Shown here piece by piece: positions 42,209 through 52,593 of a DNA stretch of 64,000 nucleotides. The first letter of the stretch is position 1. The number at the start of each line of letters is the position of its first letter. Source of the DNA: Microcoleus sp. (GTDB taxonomy: Bacteria > Cyanobacteriota > Cyanobacteriia > Cyanobacteriales > Microcoleaceae); contig JAYFMW010000020.1 of assembly GCA_042408215.1 (NCBI GenBank), positions 288,001-352,000 of the forward strand, read 5' to 3'. The notes beneath the pieces are model-generated. The model was given only the letters and a program-made list of their open reading frames with translations, had not been told where the DNA came from and did no database searches. The translations under genes were made by a program, and so were the position numbers.

Positions 42209-43075
42209 TTATCCTTTAACTCCGGTGGCTGTTTCTGTGGGTACAATGTATTTTTGCAATATCAAAAATAGTCCTAAAACTGGTACAATGGAAATAATGG
42301 AACCCGCCGCAACTAAACGCCAATCTAAGGAAAAGGTCCCGGCTAAATTGGCGACTCCTAGGGGTAATGTGTAATATTCTGGTCTGTCTAAAACTAGCAG
42401 CGGCCACAAAAAGTCGCTCCAAGAACCGATAAATACGAAAATTCCTAATGTGACTAATGCTGGCTGAATTGCTGGAATCATTATGTGCCACCAAATGCCT
42501 AGTTCGCTACAGCCGTCGATGCGGGCTGCTTCTTCTAGTTCTTTGGGAACTGCGAGGAATGCTTGCCGCAATAAAAATATGCCGAAGGCTGATGCTAATC
42601 CGGGAAAGATTACGCCTAAATAACTATTTTTTAGTCCTAGTTGTACTGTCAATACATATAGGGGAATCATCACGATTTGGAAGGGAATCATGATTGTGGA
42701 AATGATGGTAATTAATATGGCTTCGCGGCCGCGAAAGTTGCTCCGGGCTAATGGATAAGCTGCTAGGGCACAAAACAGGACGTTGATGCTAACTGTGAGG
42801 GTGGCGATGAGGGTGCTGTTGAATAGGTAGCGCCCGAAGGGGTTGGTTTGCCAAACTTTGATGAAGTTTTGCAGGGTTGGCTGTTGTGGCCAAAGTTGCG
42901 GGGGAAATTGAAAGATGTTTTCGGTTGGGGATTTGAGGGAGGTGCTGAGCAGCCACAACAAGGGGAATAGCATTAAAAGGGCGATCGCACTCATGATGCT
43001 GTATGTCCACAGGGTTTTCCACTGGGAGGGAGTCGTGTTTGGGGAATTTGGTTTTTTTGTTTTGAAATTGTTCAT
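42209..43075 (-). CDS. Carbohydrate ABC transporter permease
   Basis: ELEEAARIDG EAA motif, WSDFLWPL; ATG at 43075. Confidence 0.92.
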   Translation of the reverse strand: MNNFKTKKPNSPNTTPSQWKTLWTYSIMSAIALLMLFPLLWLLSTSLKSPTENIFQFPPQLWPQQPTLQNFIKVWQTNPFGRYLFNSTLIATLTVSINVLFCALAAYPLARSNFRGREAILITIISTIMIPFQIVMIPLYVLTVQLGLKNSYLGVIFPGLASAFGIFLLRQAFLAVPKELEEAARIDGCSELGIWWHIMIPAIQPALVTLGIFVFIGSWSDFLWPLLVLDRPEYYTLPLGVANLAGTFSLDWRLVAAGSIISIVPVLGLFLILQKYIVPTETATGVKG

Positions 43076-43080
43076 AAAAA

Positions 43081-43468
43081 TAATACGGGATGCGGGCAAC
43101 GAGCGAGTCTAAAGACCTGAGAGGGAAGCGACTCGTGCGGTTTTAACCGCCGTGGTATTGAAAATGTGCTAGAATTTGAGTTGTGAGTAAGAACAAAAAC
43201 ATCTACGTGTTGAAACATCCTAGTATCGGAGAAATCCCAGCAACTTAGTACACAAGAGTGAGAGTTAACACAAAAAGAGCGGTGGGATGGCTGGATGTTG
43301 AGCGTACCGTGTCTTGGCTTAGTGATGGATTCTGAAAGCATTGGAGACAAAAGTAGCTAGTAACTATCGCTTGACGATTGGTGACTAAGTAGACGGCGTT
43401 TGACGGCCGTAGCGAGAGTTTTACTCTGTCAGCAGAATCGAGCGTGTCTTTAGACCTGAGAGTGTCAA
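43081..43468 (+). mobile_element. Non-autonomous ORF-less IS200/IS605 derivative (E2) with putative ncRNA core; left boundary approximate
   Basis: Similar subterminal hairpins GAGCGAGTCTAAAGACCTGAGAG (43101) and GAGCGTGTCTTTAGACCTGAGAG (43440); GAAT...TCAA right end; core blocks shared with E1. Confidence 0.7.
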
Positions 43469-43534
43469 CTTTGGGATATGATTGTAAGTCCTTGCTTCGC
43501 GAGAAGCCTTGTTGTCCATAAGGGGATTTTTGGC

Positions 43535-43870
43535 ATGAAACCGTTTATTTACGAAACAATGTACATTCTGCGCCCAGATATGGGTGAAGAAATGACCGAT
43601 CAGGCGATCGCGAAATATCAAACTATTTTGCGCGATCAAGGTGCTGAAAATATCGAAACTCAGCACCGCGGCAAGCGTCGTTTGGCTTATGAAATCGGCA
43701 AGCACCGGGACGGAGTATACGTTCAAATGAACTATACAGCTCCTGGCGCTGCAATTTTTCCCCTGGAGCGCGCGATGCGTCTGAGCGAGGATGTGATTCG
43801 CTATTTGACGATCAAGCAAGATGTGCCTGATGCTCCTGATGCTGAGCCGGAAGCGGTAGCAGCCGAGTAG
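43535..43870 (+). CDS. rpsF: 30S ribosomal protein S6
   Basis: [29 protein letters not shown]. Confidence 0.97.
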   Translation: MKPFIYETMYILRPDMGEEMTDQAIAKYQTILRDQGAENIETQHRGKRRLAYEIGKHRDGVYVQMNYTAPGAAIFPLERAMRLSEDVIRYLTIKQDVPDAPDAEPEAVAAE

Positions 43871-43934
43871 GTTCTGGAGTTTGTAGTGAGGACTTCAGTC
43901 CTCTCTTAAAGCTTTTTACTCGTTACCCGGCTCT

Positions 43935-44140
43935 ACCAATTTGTGACAACTTAAGACGAAACCCACAATAAATGTCGCTTTTAGACGGAATCTAGATCCC
44001 CCTCGCATCCCCCTTGATAAGGGGAGTAGGGGTTGACTTTAAGAATATTTCTGGTTCCCCCCTTATTAAGGGGGGTTAGGGGGGATCGAGATTTCGGTAC
44101 AAACAAGAGAGACGTTCTAACCTTAAATTTTCACCAATCG
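43935..44140. mobile_element. MITE family B-like element (degenerate)
   Basis: TGACAACTTAAG start; internal CCCCCTTATTAAGGGGGG palindromes. Confidence 0.55.
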
Positions 44141-44168
44141 GCAGAGCCTGGTAAAAACCAGAAAAACC

Positions 44169-44915
44169 TTAATCCGAGCTTAAAAATTCCAAGTAATTAT
44201 TAGTTAACTCTTTGACTGCTAACTCGTAAAATTGCTGGCCATGTTCGGGAGTTGCTAAGGCGGGATTAGATCCCATTCTACCGTCGGGAAATCGGCGGCG
44301 AAAGTCGGCGGCACTGTATATTTTGTGCCCGGAAGCAACTTCTTCTGAAAGTGGAGCTTGTTTGATTGCTTCTGGATAAAGATATTGAGTTAAGGCGACT
44401 TCGCTGGGTGTGGCGTGGGAACCTTCTTGGTTTCCGTACAATTCTTTGGCTAGTTTGTACACGGAGCCGCACATAAACCAATTGCCGATTTGACACTGGA
44501 TTCGATCGCCATTCGGTAGATTCAAATCGGATAAGTGGGCGTAAGTCTCGGAAAATGCTGCTTTCATCGTCGCAATATTGCCACCGTGACCGTTAATAAA
44601 GAAATATTTCTCAAATCCCGATTTTGCCAAAGATGTGATATAATCTCTGATTACCAAGATCATGGTTTGTGGGCGCAGGCTGATTGTGCCGGGAAAACCG
44701 GTGTGGTGCAGGGCCATTCCGACATTAATTGTGGGGCCGACTAAGGCATTGGCAGCTTCGCCGACAGCGCGGGCGATCGCAAGAGCTGCAATTGCGTCAG
44801 TCCCGATTAAGCCAGTTGGCCCGTGTTGTTCGGTGGAACCGATCGGGATAATTATGCCGCGGGAACTCTCTAGATAAGTTTCTACCTCCGGCCAGGTACT
44901 CAAGTGCAGCAACAT
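44169..44915 (-). CDS. Creatininase family protein
   Basis: PIGSTEQHGP..LIGTD, NGHGGN, HATPSE. Confidence 0.92.
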   Translation of the reverse strand: MLLHLSTWPEVETYLESSRGIIIPIGSTEQHGPTGLIGTDAIAALAIARAVGEAANALVGPTINVGMALHHTGFPGTISLRPQTMILVIRDYITSLAKSGFEKYFFINGHGGNIATMKAAFSETYAHLSDLNLPNGDRIQCQIGNWFMCGSVYKLAKELYGNQEGSHATPSEVALTQYLYPEAIKQAPLSEEVASGHKIYSAADFRRRFPDGRMGSNPALATPEHGQQFYELAVKELTNNYLEFLSSD

Positions 44916-45065
44916 TATAGGCAGTTTACAGATTTTTTACTTACAAACTCGATCGTAGCCGGCCCTTGCAGAAAATAGACTTTAGGCCAAACTTATTATT
45001 TTATGCTTAAACAAAGCTCTAAATTGCGATCGCCACTTTACCGTTGTATTACTTAACTTTAATAA

Positions 45066-45106
45066 TTTAACCACTTAATTACCAAAGCTTTACCTTTTAA
45101 TAACCT
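45066..45106 (+). promoter_or_regulatory. Putative Pho-box-like direct repeats (4 units, 11-bp period)
   Basis: TTTAACCA, AATTACCA, CTTTACCT and AATAACCT at 45066, 45077, 45088 and 45099. Confidence 0.55.
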
Positions 45107-45179
45107 TTTAAGAGTAAGATAACAACCATCTCCCTATAGATTGGGTATAACCTGGTCAATTAAAAGTGGGCAATGTTTG

Positions 45180-45365
45180 ATGAAATTAACACCAACCCCT
45201 AAACATGACCAGGCTTCTGACGCTTGGACACAAGCAGGCTGCGCGGCTCCGGCCACTGCTCTACGGCTGTATTCCTTACAGGAGCAAGTAGCAAAGATAG
45301 AGCGCGTATCTGTTGGATGGACAGGCGAAGGATATAAAGCGATAATCGAAACGGCGATCGTATAA
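45180..45365 (+). CDS. Possible small protein upstream of the response regulator
   Basis: 61-aa ORF (…VSVGWTGEGY…) between the repeats and the regulator. Confidence 0.35.
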   Translation: MKLTPTPKHDQASDAWTQAGCAAPATALRLYSLQEQVAKIERVSVGWTGEGYKAIIETAIV

Positions 45366-45452
45366 AGTGCGATCGCGGTATGAAGAGTGCCTTAGCTACT
45401 GAACAAGGCATCTCTCACTAGCTACAAACAAACATCACTACCACTGATATTT

Positions 45453-46193
45453 ATGTCTTCTGCTGAGTTAAGCGAAAGTCCTTCAAGGCCTGCTGTTGGA
45501 CAAGCAGGCCGGATATTGTTACTAGAAGGTGAAGACTTGTTGCGGGAAATGCTAGCTTTAGCCCTTAAAGAACAGGGCTATGAGGTGGTGGTTACTAGCG
45601 ACGGGCGCAACGCCCTGCCTTCTTTCCCAGGTTCTTTATCGTACCACAGCGATTTTGGCTTCAACCTGTTAATTATGGATTCAATTAACGGTTTGGATCT
45701 GTGTCGAATGTTACGACATCAAGGAAATCCCGTACCTATTTTGATTATCGGTGCGAGGGGAAGTGCAAATAATTGTGCTTTTTACTTAGAAGCAGGCTCG
45801 GATGATTATCTCACCAAGCCTTTTGGAATGAGGGAATTTATCGCTCGCTGTCGAGCTTTGATGCGCCGCCAGCGCTTGGGTACGTTGCCTTCTCCGGTGA
45901 TGTTGCAGTATAAAAGCATAACTCTGTATCCCGAAGAATGTCGAGTGCTGGTTCGCGGCATAGAAGTAAAATTTTCTCCCAAACAATTTCGCTTGCTAGA
46001 ACTTTTTATGAGTTATCCCCGCCGAGTTTGGTCTCGCGATCAGTTGCTGGAAAAAATTTGGGGGCAAGATTTTATCGGAGACAGCAAAACTGTTGATGTT
46101 CACATCCGCTGGCTGCGCGAAAAGTTAGAAATCGAACCCAGTAAACCGGAATATATTATTACAGTGCGGGGGTTTGGCTATCGGTTTGGCTAA
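45453..46193 (+). CDS. OmpR/PhoB (SphR-like) response regulator with atypical receiver
   Basis: RVWSRDQLLEKIWG.DFIGDSKTVDVHIRWLREKLE...TVRGFGYRF winged helix. Confidence 0.88.
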   Translation: MSSAELSESPSRPAVGQAGRILLLEGEDLLREMLALALKEQGYEVVVTSDGRNALPSFPGSLSYHSDFGFNLLIMDSINGLDLCRMLRHQGNPVPILIIGARGSANNCAFYLEAGSDDYLTKPFGMREFIARCRALMRRQRLGTLPSPVMLQYKSITLYPEECRVLVRGIEVKFSPKQFRLLELFMSYPRRVWSRDQLLEKIWGQDFIGDSKTVDVHIRWLREKLEIEPSKPEYIITVRGFGYRFG

Positions 46194-46263
46194 TAATTTC
46201 GATCCTGAGTTGAGAGTTGTCGGTAAAAACTGATAACTCTCAACTTTCAATGATACTGATATA

Positions 46264-46361
46264 TAGCCTTTCTCAGTAACAGTGCGGTACGCATAGGGCA
46301 TAGGGCATAGGGCATAGGGCATAGGGCATAGGGCATACCTCACAACGCTTGAGAACCGCTA
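46264..46361. mobile_element. MITE family A with (GCATAGG)n cargo
   Basis: TAGCCTTTCTCA...TGAGAACCGCTA, flanked by TA. Confidence 0.7.
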
Positions 46362-46734
46362 TACTGATTAACTAGAGCGAGGGAACGGGCTGGCGATCGC
46401 CATAAATTAGCCATTTAGCTTAAAATATTTTATACCAATTTAATGGGTCGTTGCATAGATCTCGATCCCCCTCGCATCCCCCTTAATAAGGGAGTAGGGT
46501 GTGAGTAGGGGGTGACGAAAGAGCAGAATCTTGTTCCCCCCTTATTAAGGGGGGTTAGGGGGGATCAGATTCTACGGGGCCTCATAAAAAACTGGTATTA
46601 GATATATTCCTAATGCGATCGCTCCGGCAACGATACAAAATGTTACATTACTTCAAACATCAGGTTGCTCTCAAATCAGAAAGGTGCAAGATGTCGGTCT
46701 AAACCCCAGATGTCTCAGTAAAGAAATCGCACTC

Positions 46735-47790
46735 ATGCTCATCAAATCTCAAGGCCACGCATTTAGCTCAATCTGGGACACCATCAAACATCGCTTTCCG
46801 ACATTCTTAGCTTTGTGTGCCCTCGGTTTGTGCTTCAGCTTAAGCTTAGCATCCTGCCAGCAAATTAAGTCGATCGATGGCGCTGCTGCACTTGTTAACA
46901 ACAAAGAATCAGCCACCTCAAAATTAGTACGAATTGGCTATCAACCTTTCGGAACACCGCCACTATTGAAAGCCAGAGGAACCTTAGAAAAACGCCTACA
47001 ACCCCTAGGAATTAATGTAGAGTGGATGTCATTTCCGGCAGGCCCGCCCATCCTCAAAGCAATGAAAGAAGGAAAAGTTGACATCGGATTTGTGGGCGGA
47101 ATACCGACGGCGTTTGCTCAAGCAGAAGAGCAACCTTTCGTCTATGTTGCCAATGCCGAACCCAATGCCCAAAGCATTGGGATTCTGGTGCCAGAAAACT
47201 CGCCAATTCGGAATTTCGCTGACCTCAAAGGGAAGAAAATTGCTTTTACTAAAAAATCAGCAGCACACTACCTTTTGATTCAAGCACTTTTGAAAGCAAA
47301 TTTAACCCTAGACTCCGTGCAGCAAGTCTATTTAACTCCGCCAGAAGGTCAAGCCGCCTTTGAGCAAAAACAGATAGATGCTTGGGTTGTTTGGAACCCA
47401 TTTTTAGCTCAAATTCAAACGAAAATGCCCGTTCGCATTCTGGCTGACGGCGGAGGTTTGACGCAGAATTTAAATTTCTATGTGGCGACTAGCGATTTTG
47501 CTAACAACAATGCCAATACTGTCAAAATAGTTATTCAAGAAATGCAGCAAGCCGGAATTTGGGGAAGCCAAAATCTCGATGAAGTTGCCAGAATGATTGC
47601 GAAGAGTGCAAAGCTGGAACTTGCGACAATGCAAAAAGTCAACGAATCAGCGACTTACGGCGTACAAGCGATTCAAGATAGAGCGATTGAAGAACAGCAG
47701 CGCACTGCTGAAACCTTTTTCCGGTTGGGTTTGCTACCGCAGCGAATTTGGGTAGAAGATGCTGTCTGGAAAGAAGAATTAATCGATTAG
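46735..47790 (+). CDS. SsuA/NrtA-like solute-binding lipoprotein
   Basis: LASC lipobox, VRIGYQ, FPAGPP, DLKGKKIA, IDAWVVWNP. Confidence 0.85.
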   Translation: MLIKSQGHAFSSIWDTIKHRFPTFLALCALGLCFSLSLASCQQIKSIDGAAALVNNKESATSKLVRIGYQPFGTPPLLKARGTLEKRLQPLGINVEWMSFPAGPPILKAMKEGKVDIGFVGGIPTAFAQAEEQPFVYVANAEPNAQSIGILVPENSPIRNFADLKGKKIAFTKKSAAHYLLIQALLKANLTLDSVQQVYLTPPEGQAAFEQKQIDAWVVWNPFLAQIQTKMPVRILADGGGLTQNLNFYVATSDFANNNANTVKIVIQEMQQAGIWGSQNLDEVARMIAKSAKLELATMQKVNESATYGVQAIQDRAIEEQQRTAETFFRLGLLPQRIWVEDAVWKEELID

Positions 47791-47800
47791 AAAAAATGCT

Positions 47801-50419
47801 ATGAATCAATTTAAATTTAATCAGTTGAAACCTCAAATTTTCTCGATCGGCAATCAACTGCGCTACGGTTTAGTTGCTATTTTTGTCTTCACTCTTCTGC
47901 TAGGGGGGAGTACCTTAACCTATCTCAGTTTTCGAGAACAAGTCAAACAGACAAAGCAGCTTCAGTCACAGCGATCGCAAGCCGCCGCTAACAGAATTAG
48001 TGCTGCTTTAGATAATTTGCAGCGCCAGCTCAATTTTTTCTCGGACTTGCGCGGTTTTAGCAATTTTACTTCGGAAAACCAGCGCACTATTCTGGAAGGA
48101 TTGGCTAACAGCAATAGCGCCTACACATTGGTGGGAATTTTAAACAATAAAGGTCAAGTTTTGCAGGCGATGTCTCCCTACGAACCAGTCTCGCCTTCCA
48201 CCTTGAGTTTAGAGCAAATAGCGATCGATTCGCCTCAGTTTTTGCAGAAACTCAGTAGCGGTCAAAATTATGTCAGTCCCGTGACAGTTGACCCCAAAGT
48301 CGGTCTCCCTGTCGCGACATTAGCGGTACCGATTCGCAATTTACAAAATGAGTTTGCCGGAGTATTATTTGCTCGAATCAATTTAATTTTTTTAGCACAA
48401 ATTACTGACAAAACTCAAGTCGGTAACACAGGCTACAGCTACGTTCTCGATAATCGATCGGTTTTAATTGCCAAACAAGGCAGCGATCCTAATAATTTTC
48501 AACTTCAAAACCTCAAAGATCTTCCTTTTGTACAAAATTTATTGAATTTATCGCGCCTTCCAGGAAGTCAACCTGTGGTTGTTTATCGAGGCTTAAACGG
48601 TGAAGAAGTGATCGGAACCGCTACTCTCGTGCGGCGGGTGCGGTGGTTGGTGGTGGTGGAATTACCAACAGCAGAAGCTTACGCTCCTGTGGGCCAGATG
48701 ATCTTAGTAATGGGTGGCGCGACGGCGGCGGCCGGGATTTTAGCAGTGGGTTTGGGAATTGCTTTTTCTCAGTCAATTACTAGGCCTTTAAAATCTTTAA
48801 AAGATGCAGCAATCAAGATGAGCGGCGGACTGTTTGACACGAGAGTTAATATTACTGCGGCTAACGAATTGGGAGAACTTGCTCAGTCTTTTAACAGTAT
48901 GGCGAGTCAACTGCAAGAATCCTTTGAAACTTTAGAGTACAAAGTGCAACAACGCACTGCTGAATTAGCCGTAGCTAGAGACAAAGCTGAGGTAGCAAAT
49001 CAGGCTAAGAGCTCTTTTCTGGCAAATATGAGTCACGAATTGCGCTCGCCCCTCAACGCCATCCTCGGCTTTTCCCAAATCATGGCTCGCAGCCAAACCT
49101 TACCTCCTGAACATCAAGAAAATCTCGGCATTATTAACCGCAGTGGCGAACATTTGCTATCATTAATTAATCAAGTTTTAGATTTGTCTAAAATTGAAGC
49201 GGGGCGGACTGTTATTACCGATACAAACTTCGATTTGTATCGTTTGCTAGACGATATCGCAGATATGTTTCAGCTCAAAGCTGATGACAAAAAGCTGCAT
49301 TTATTAGTAGAATATACCTCCGAGCTACCCCGCTACGTTCGCACCGATGAAGTTAAATTGCGCCAAGTTTTAATTAACTTGCTGAACAATGCGATTAAAT
49401 TTACTGAAGAAGGAGGCGTTTCTGTTGTCGCAGGAATTCCCAAGACTTCGTTTCAGGGTGAAAGTCAAGCTGTTAGCGCTCAAAGATTAGTCATAGTATT
49501 TGAAATTGCTGATACAGGTGCAGGTATTGCCCCAGAGGAATTAGACAGCGTTTTTCAAGCCTTCGTACAATCAGAAACAGGCAAACAATCTCAAGAAGGT
49601 ACGGGTTTGGGACTGCCCATTAGTCGCAAGTTTGTACAACTAATGGGTGGGGACATTAGGGTGAATTCTCAAGTGGGAAAAGGCACTAATTTTAAGTTTG
49701 ATATTAAAGTTAATGTAGTTGATGCTTCTGAGTTGTCAGGGAAGCAGCAAACACAACAGGTTATCGCTTTAGAACCAAATCAACCGCAGTATAGAATTTT
49801 AATTGTAGATGACAAACCGCTGAACCGCCTACTGCTGGTTAAACTGCTTTCTCCTCTCGGTTTTGAAGTCAAAGAAGCTTGGGATGGTAAAGAGGCGATC
49901 GCAATTGCGGATGAATGGGAACCGCACTTAATCTGGATGGACATGAGAATGCCTGTTATGGACGGTTACACAGCCACCAAACACATCAAAGCCACCGTTA
50001 AAGGGCAGGCTACCGCGATTATTGCCCTGACTGCTAGCAGTTTAGAAGAAGAAAAAGCAATGCTAATATCCGCTGGCTGCGATGATTTTATACGCAAGCC
50101 TTTTCGGGAACAAGATATTTTTGCTGCGATGAATAAACATATAGGTGTTCGTTACATCTACGATGAGAAGCAGAACATCAATCCCTCAGCTAAAACAGAT
50201 ATTCAAGATGTCTTGAACATCTCCAATTTGGCGGCAGTGCCTACTGAATTGTTGAATAACTTAGAACAGGCTGTCAGCGTTTCCGACATGACACAAACTG
50301 ACAATTCGATTCAGGAAATCTGCAATTACAGTCCCAGCCTAGGGTCGGCATTGGCGGCCTTGGCAAATGATTTTGATTATGGTAAAATAGTAAGCTTAAT
50401 TCACAATATCAAAAAATAA
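47801..50419 (+). CDS. Hybrid sensor histidine kinase (Cache-HAMP-HisKA-HATPase-REC)
   Basis: Two TM segments, HAMP ELGELAQSFN, SHELRSPL, GTGLGL, WMDMRMP. Confidence 0.92.
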   Translation: MNQFKFNQLKPQIFSIGNQLRYGLVAIFVFTLLLGGSTLTYLSFREQVKQTKQLQSQRSQAAANRISAALDNLQRQLNFFSDLRGFSNFTSENQRTILEGLANSNSAYTLVGILNNKGQVLQAMSPYEPVSPSTLSLEQIAIDSPQFLQKLSSGQNYVSPVTVDPKVGLPVATLAVPIRNLQNEFAGVLFARINLIFLAQITDKTQVGNTGYSYVLDNRSVLIAKQGSDPNNFQLQNLKDLPFVQNLLNLSRLPGSQPVVVYRGLNGEEVIGTATLVRRVRWLVVVELPTAEAYAPVGQMILVMGGATAAAGILAVGLGIAFSQSITRPLKSLKDAAIKMSGGLFDTRVNITAANELGELAQSFNSMASQLQESFETLEYKVQQRTAELAVARDKAEVANQAKSSFLANMSHELRSPLNAILGFSQIMARSQTLPPEHQENLGIINRSGEHLLSLINQVLDLSKIEAGRTVITDTNFDLYRLLDDIADMFQLKADDKKLHLLVEYTSELPRYVRTDEVKLRQVLINLLNNAIKFTEEGGVSVVAGIPKTSFQGESQAVSAQRLVIVFEIADTGAGIAPEELDSVFQAFVQSETGKQSQEGTGLGLPISRKFVQLMGGDIRVNSQVGKGTNFKFDIKVNVVDASELSGKQQTQQVIALEPNQPQYRILIVDDKPLNRLLLVKLLSPLGFEVKEAWDGKEAIAIADEWEPHLIWMDMRMPVMDGYTATKHIKATVKGQATAIIALTASSLEEEKAMLISAGCDDFIRKPFREQDIFAAMNKHIGVRYIYDEKQNINPSAKTDIQDVLNISNLAAVPTELLNNLEQAVSVSDMTQTDNSIQEICNYSPSLGSALAALANDFDYGKIVSLIHNIKK

Positions 50420-50437
50420 TTTAAATGGATAAAAAAT

Positions 50438-51910
50438 ATGATTCAAAAAAGTGCGATCGACCAACCAACCAACCCACCAACAGCCAACATTCTCGCCAAC
50501 ATTCTAGTAGTTGACGACACCCCAGCTAATTTGCGCCTTCTGGCTGGAATCTTAACAGAACAAGGATATACTGTTAGACCTGCACGGGATGGAAATCAGG
50601 CGTTGTCAATTGCCGAAAAGATTCCTGTGGATTTAATTTTGCTAGACATTAATATGCCCTTAATGGACGGTTATCAAGTCTGCGAAAAACTCAAATCCCA
50701 GGAAGGAACTCGCGACATACCCGTGATTTTTATCAGCGCTTTGAGTGACGTACTCGATAAAGTCAAAGCTTTTAGCGTTGGCGGAGTAGATTATATTACA
50801 AAACCTTTTCAAGTAGAAGAAGTTTTGGCCCGCGTCGCCACTCACTTGAAGTTACAATATTTGCAAAACAATCTGCAATCCAGAAATCAAGAATTAGCAC
50901 AAACTAATCAAAAATTAAAGGCCACCTTTCTCGAACTGAAAGCTACTCAAAAAGAACTGATTCATTCCGAAAAAATGGCTGCTTTGGGACAATTAATCGC
51001 AGGTATTGCCCACGAAGTTAATACTCCTTTGGGGGCAATACGCTCCTCAGTGGGAAACATTCTTAAGTTTTTGAATCATACTTTAGAACAGTTGCCGACA
51101 ATATTTATATCTTTATCTCCAGTAGAAAGACAAGATTTTTTAGCTTTACTGAATAGGTCTCTCCAACAGAAATCTCATTTATCCGCTAAAGAAGAGCGCA
51201 AGTTTAAAAGAGCATTAATTAGTGAATTGGAAGCTCAGCAAATTGAAAATTCTGAGGATTTTGCTGATACCTTTGTGGACATGAGGATTTATGACGAAAT
51301 TAATGCTTTTCTGCCCTTGTTAAAAAGACAGGACGGTTTATCTATTTTAGAACTCGCCTATAAAATTTCTGGACTGCAAAGAGGGATGCAAACAATCGAA
51401 ACAGCGGCCGATAGGGCGGCAAAAGTAGTGTTTGCCCTAAAATCTTACGCCCGCTATGACTATTCCGGCAAAAAGAGTCTAGCCAACATAACTGAGGGTA
51501 TCGAAACTGTGTTGACCCTTTATCGCAATCAAATCAAACAGGGGGTGAATGTAGTTCAGAACTATGCAGAATTGCCACCTGTACTCTGCTATCCCGACGA
51601 ACTAAATCAGGTGTGGACAAATCTCGTCCACAATGCTTTGCAAGCTATGGACGGTCAAGGTTCTTTAACCATAGATGTAACTCAGGAAGAAGAGCAAGTA
51701 AAGATTAGCATGACTGACAGTGGCAAGGGGATACCACCAGAAATTAAACCGAAAATATTTGAGCCTTTTTTTACTACAAAATCTTTAGGAGAAGGTAGCG
51801 GTTTAGGTCTTCATATTGTTAAACAAATAATTGACAAACATCAGGGTATAATAGAAGTAGAATCAATTCCGGGTCAAACCACATTTACGGTTTATCTACC
51901 GATGAATTAA
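50438..51910 (+). CDS. REC-histidine kinase
   Basis: LLDINMP; AGIAHEVNTPL; NQVWTNLVHNA; GSGLGL. Confidence 0.92.
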   Translation: MIQKSAIDQPTNPPTANILANILVVDDTPANLRLLAGILTEQGYTVRPARDGNQALSIAEKIPVDLILLDINMPLMDGYQVCEKLKSQEGTRDIPVIFISALSDVLDKVKAFSVGGVDYITKPFQVEEVLARVATHLKLQYLQNNLQSRNQELAQTNQKLKATFLELKATQKELIHSEKMAALGQLIAGIAHEVNTPLGAIRSSVGNILKFLNHTLEQLPTIFISLSPVERQDFLALLNRSLQQKSHLSAKEERKFKRALISELEAQQIENSEDFADTFVDMRIYDEINAFLPLLKRQDGLSILELAYKISGLQRGMQTIETAADRAAKVVFALKSYARYDYSGKKSLANITEGIETVLTLYRNQIKQGVNVVQNYAELPPVLCYPDELNQVWTNLVHNALQAMDGQGSLTIDVTQEEEQVKISMTDSGKGIPPEIKPKIFEPFFTTKSLGEGSGLGLHIVKQIIDKHQGIIEVESIPGQTTFTVYLPMN

Positions 51911-52017
51911 CAGCAATTTTGGTATAAAAACATACCTGCTTCTGACTTCTGACGAAGGTCTCACGCTCGATAATTAATCCCTGTATCCGTGTCAAAATCC
52001 TGGTTCTGACTTCTGAC

Positions 52018-52150
52018 CAAGAATTTCTTGATGGTACAAGCCCCGGATTTATCCGTGGAATCAATCCAAAATCGAAAATCGAAAATCCTCAAGAAAGAGC
52101 ATTTATCCGTGGGGTAAATCTAAAATCTAAAATCTAAAATCTAAAATCGA
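52018..52150 (+). repeat. Second copy of the TGAC-preceded palindromic mini-element
   Basis: Matches 31968-32107. Confidence 0.55.
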
Positions 52151-52173
52151 TTGACTTCTACACCCCAATAAAA

Positions 52174-52593
52174 ATGTCTAAACCAATAATTTTGTGTGTT
52201 GACGATGAAAAAGCTGTGTTGCAAAGTCTCAAGGCTCAACTCAAGTCAGCTTTTGGCAATCAATATTATTATGAAATGGCCGAAAATGGTAATGATGCCC
52301 TAGAATTACTTGAAGAATTCAGCGAAGATGAAATTCAAGTTATTGTCATTGTATCTGATTGGTTAATGCCGGGAATGAAAGGGGACGAACTTCTCGTTCG
52401 CATTCATCAAAAGTTCCCCAATATTGTGAAAGTGATGCTCACAGGTCAAGCTGACGAAGCTGCAATAGAAAGAGCGAAATCCGAGGCTAACCTCTATCGC
52501 TGCTTGCATAAACCTTGGTCGGAATCCGAGTTGGTAGAAACAATTAATTCTGGATTGGATAAACATGAAAAAGCAGGTGATTATCTGCGTTGA
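52174..52593 (+). CDS. Single-domain response regulator
   Basis: CVDDE, SDWLMP, LTG, KPW. Confidence 0.92.
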   Translation: MSKPIILCVDDEKAVLQSLKAQLKSAFGNQYYYEMAENGNDALELLEEFSEDEIQVIVIVSDWLMPGMKGDELLVRIHQKFPNIVKVMLTGQADEAAIERAKSEANLYRCLHKPWSESELVETINSGLDKHEKAGDYLR

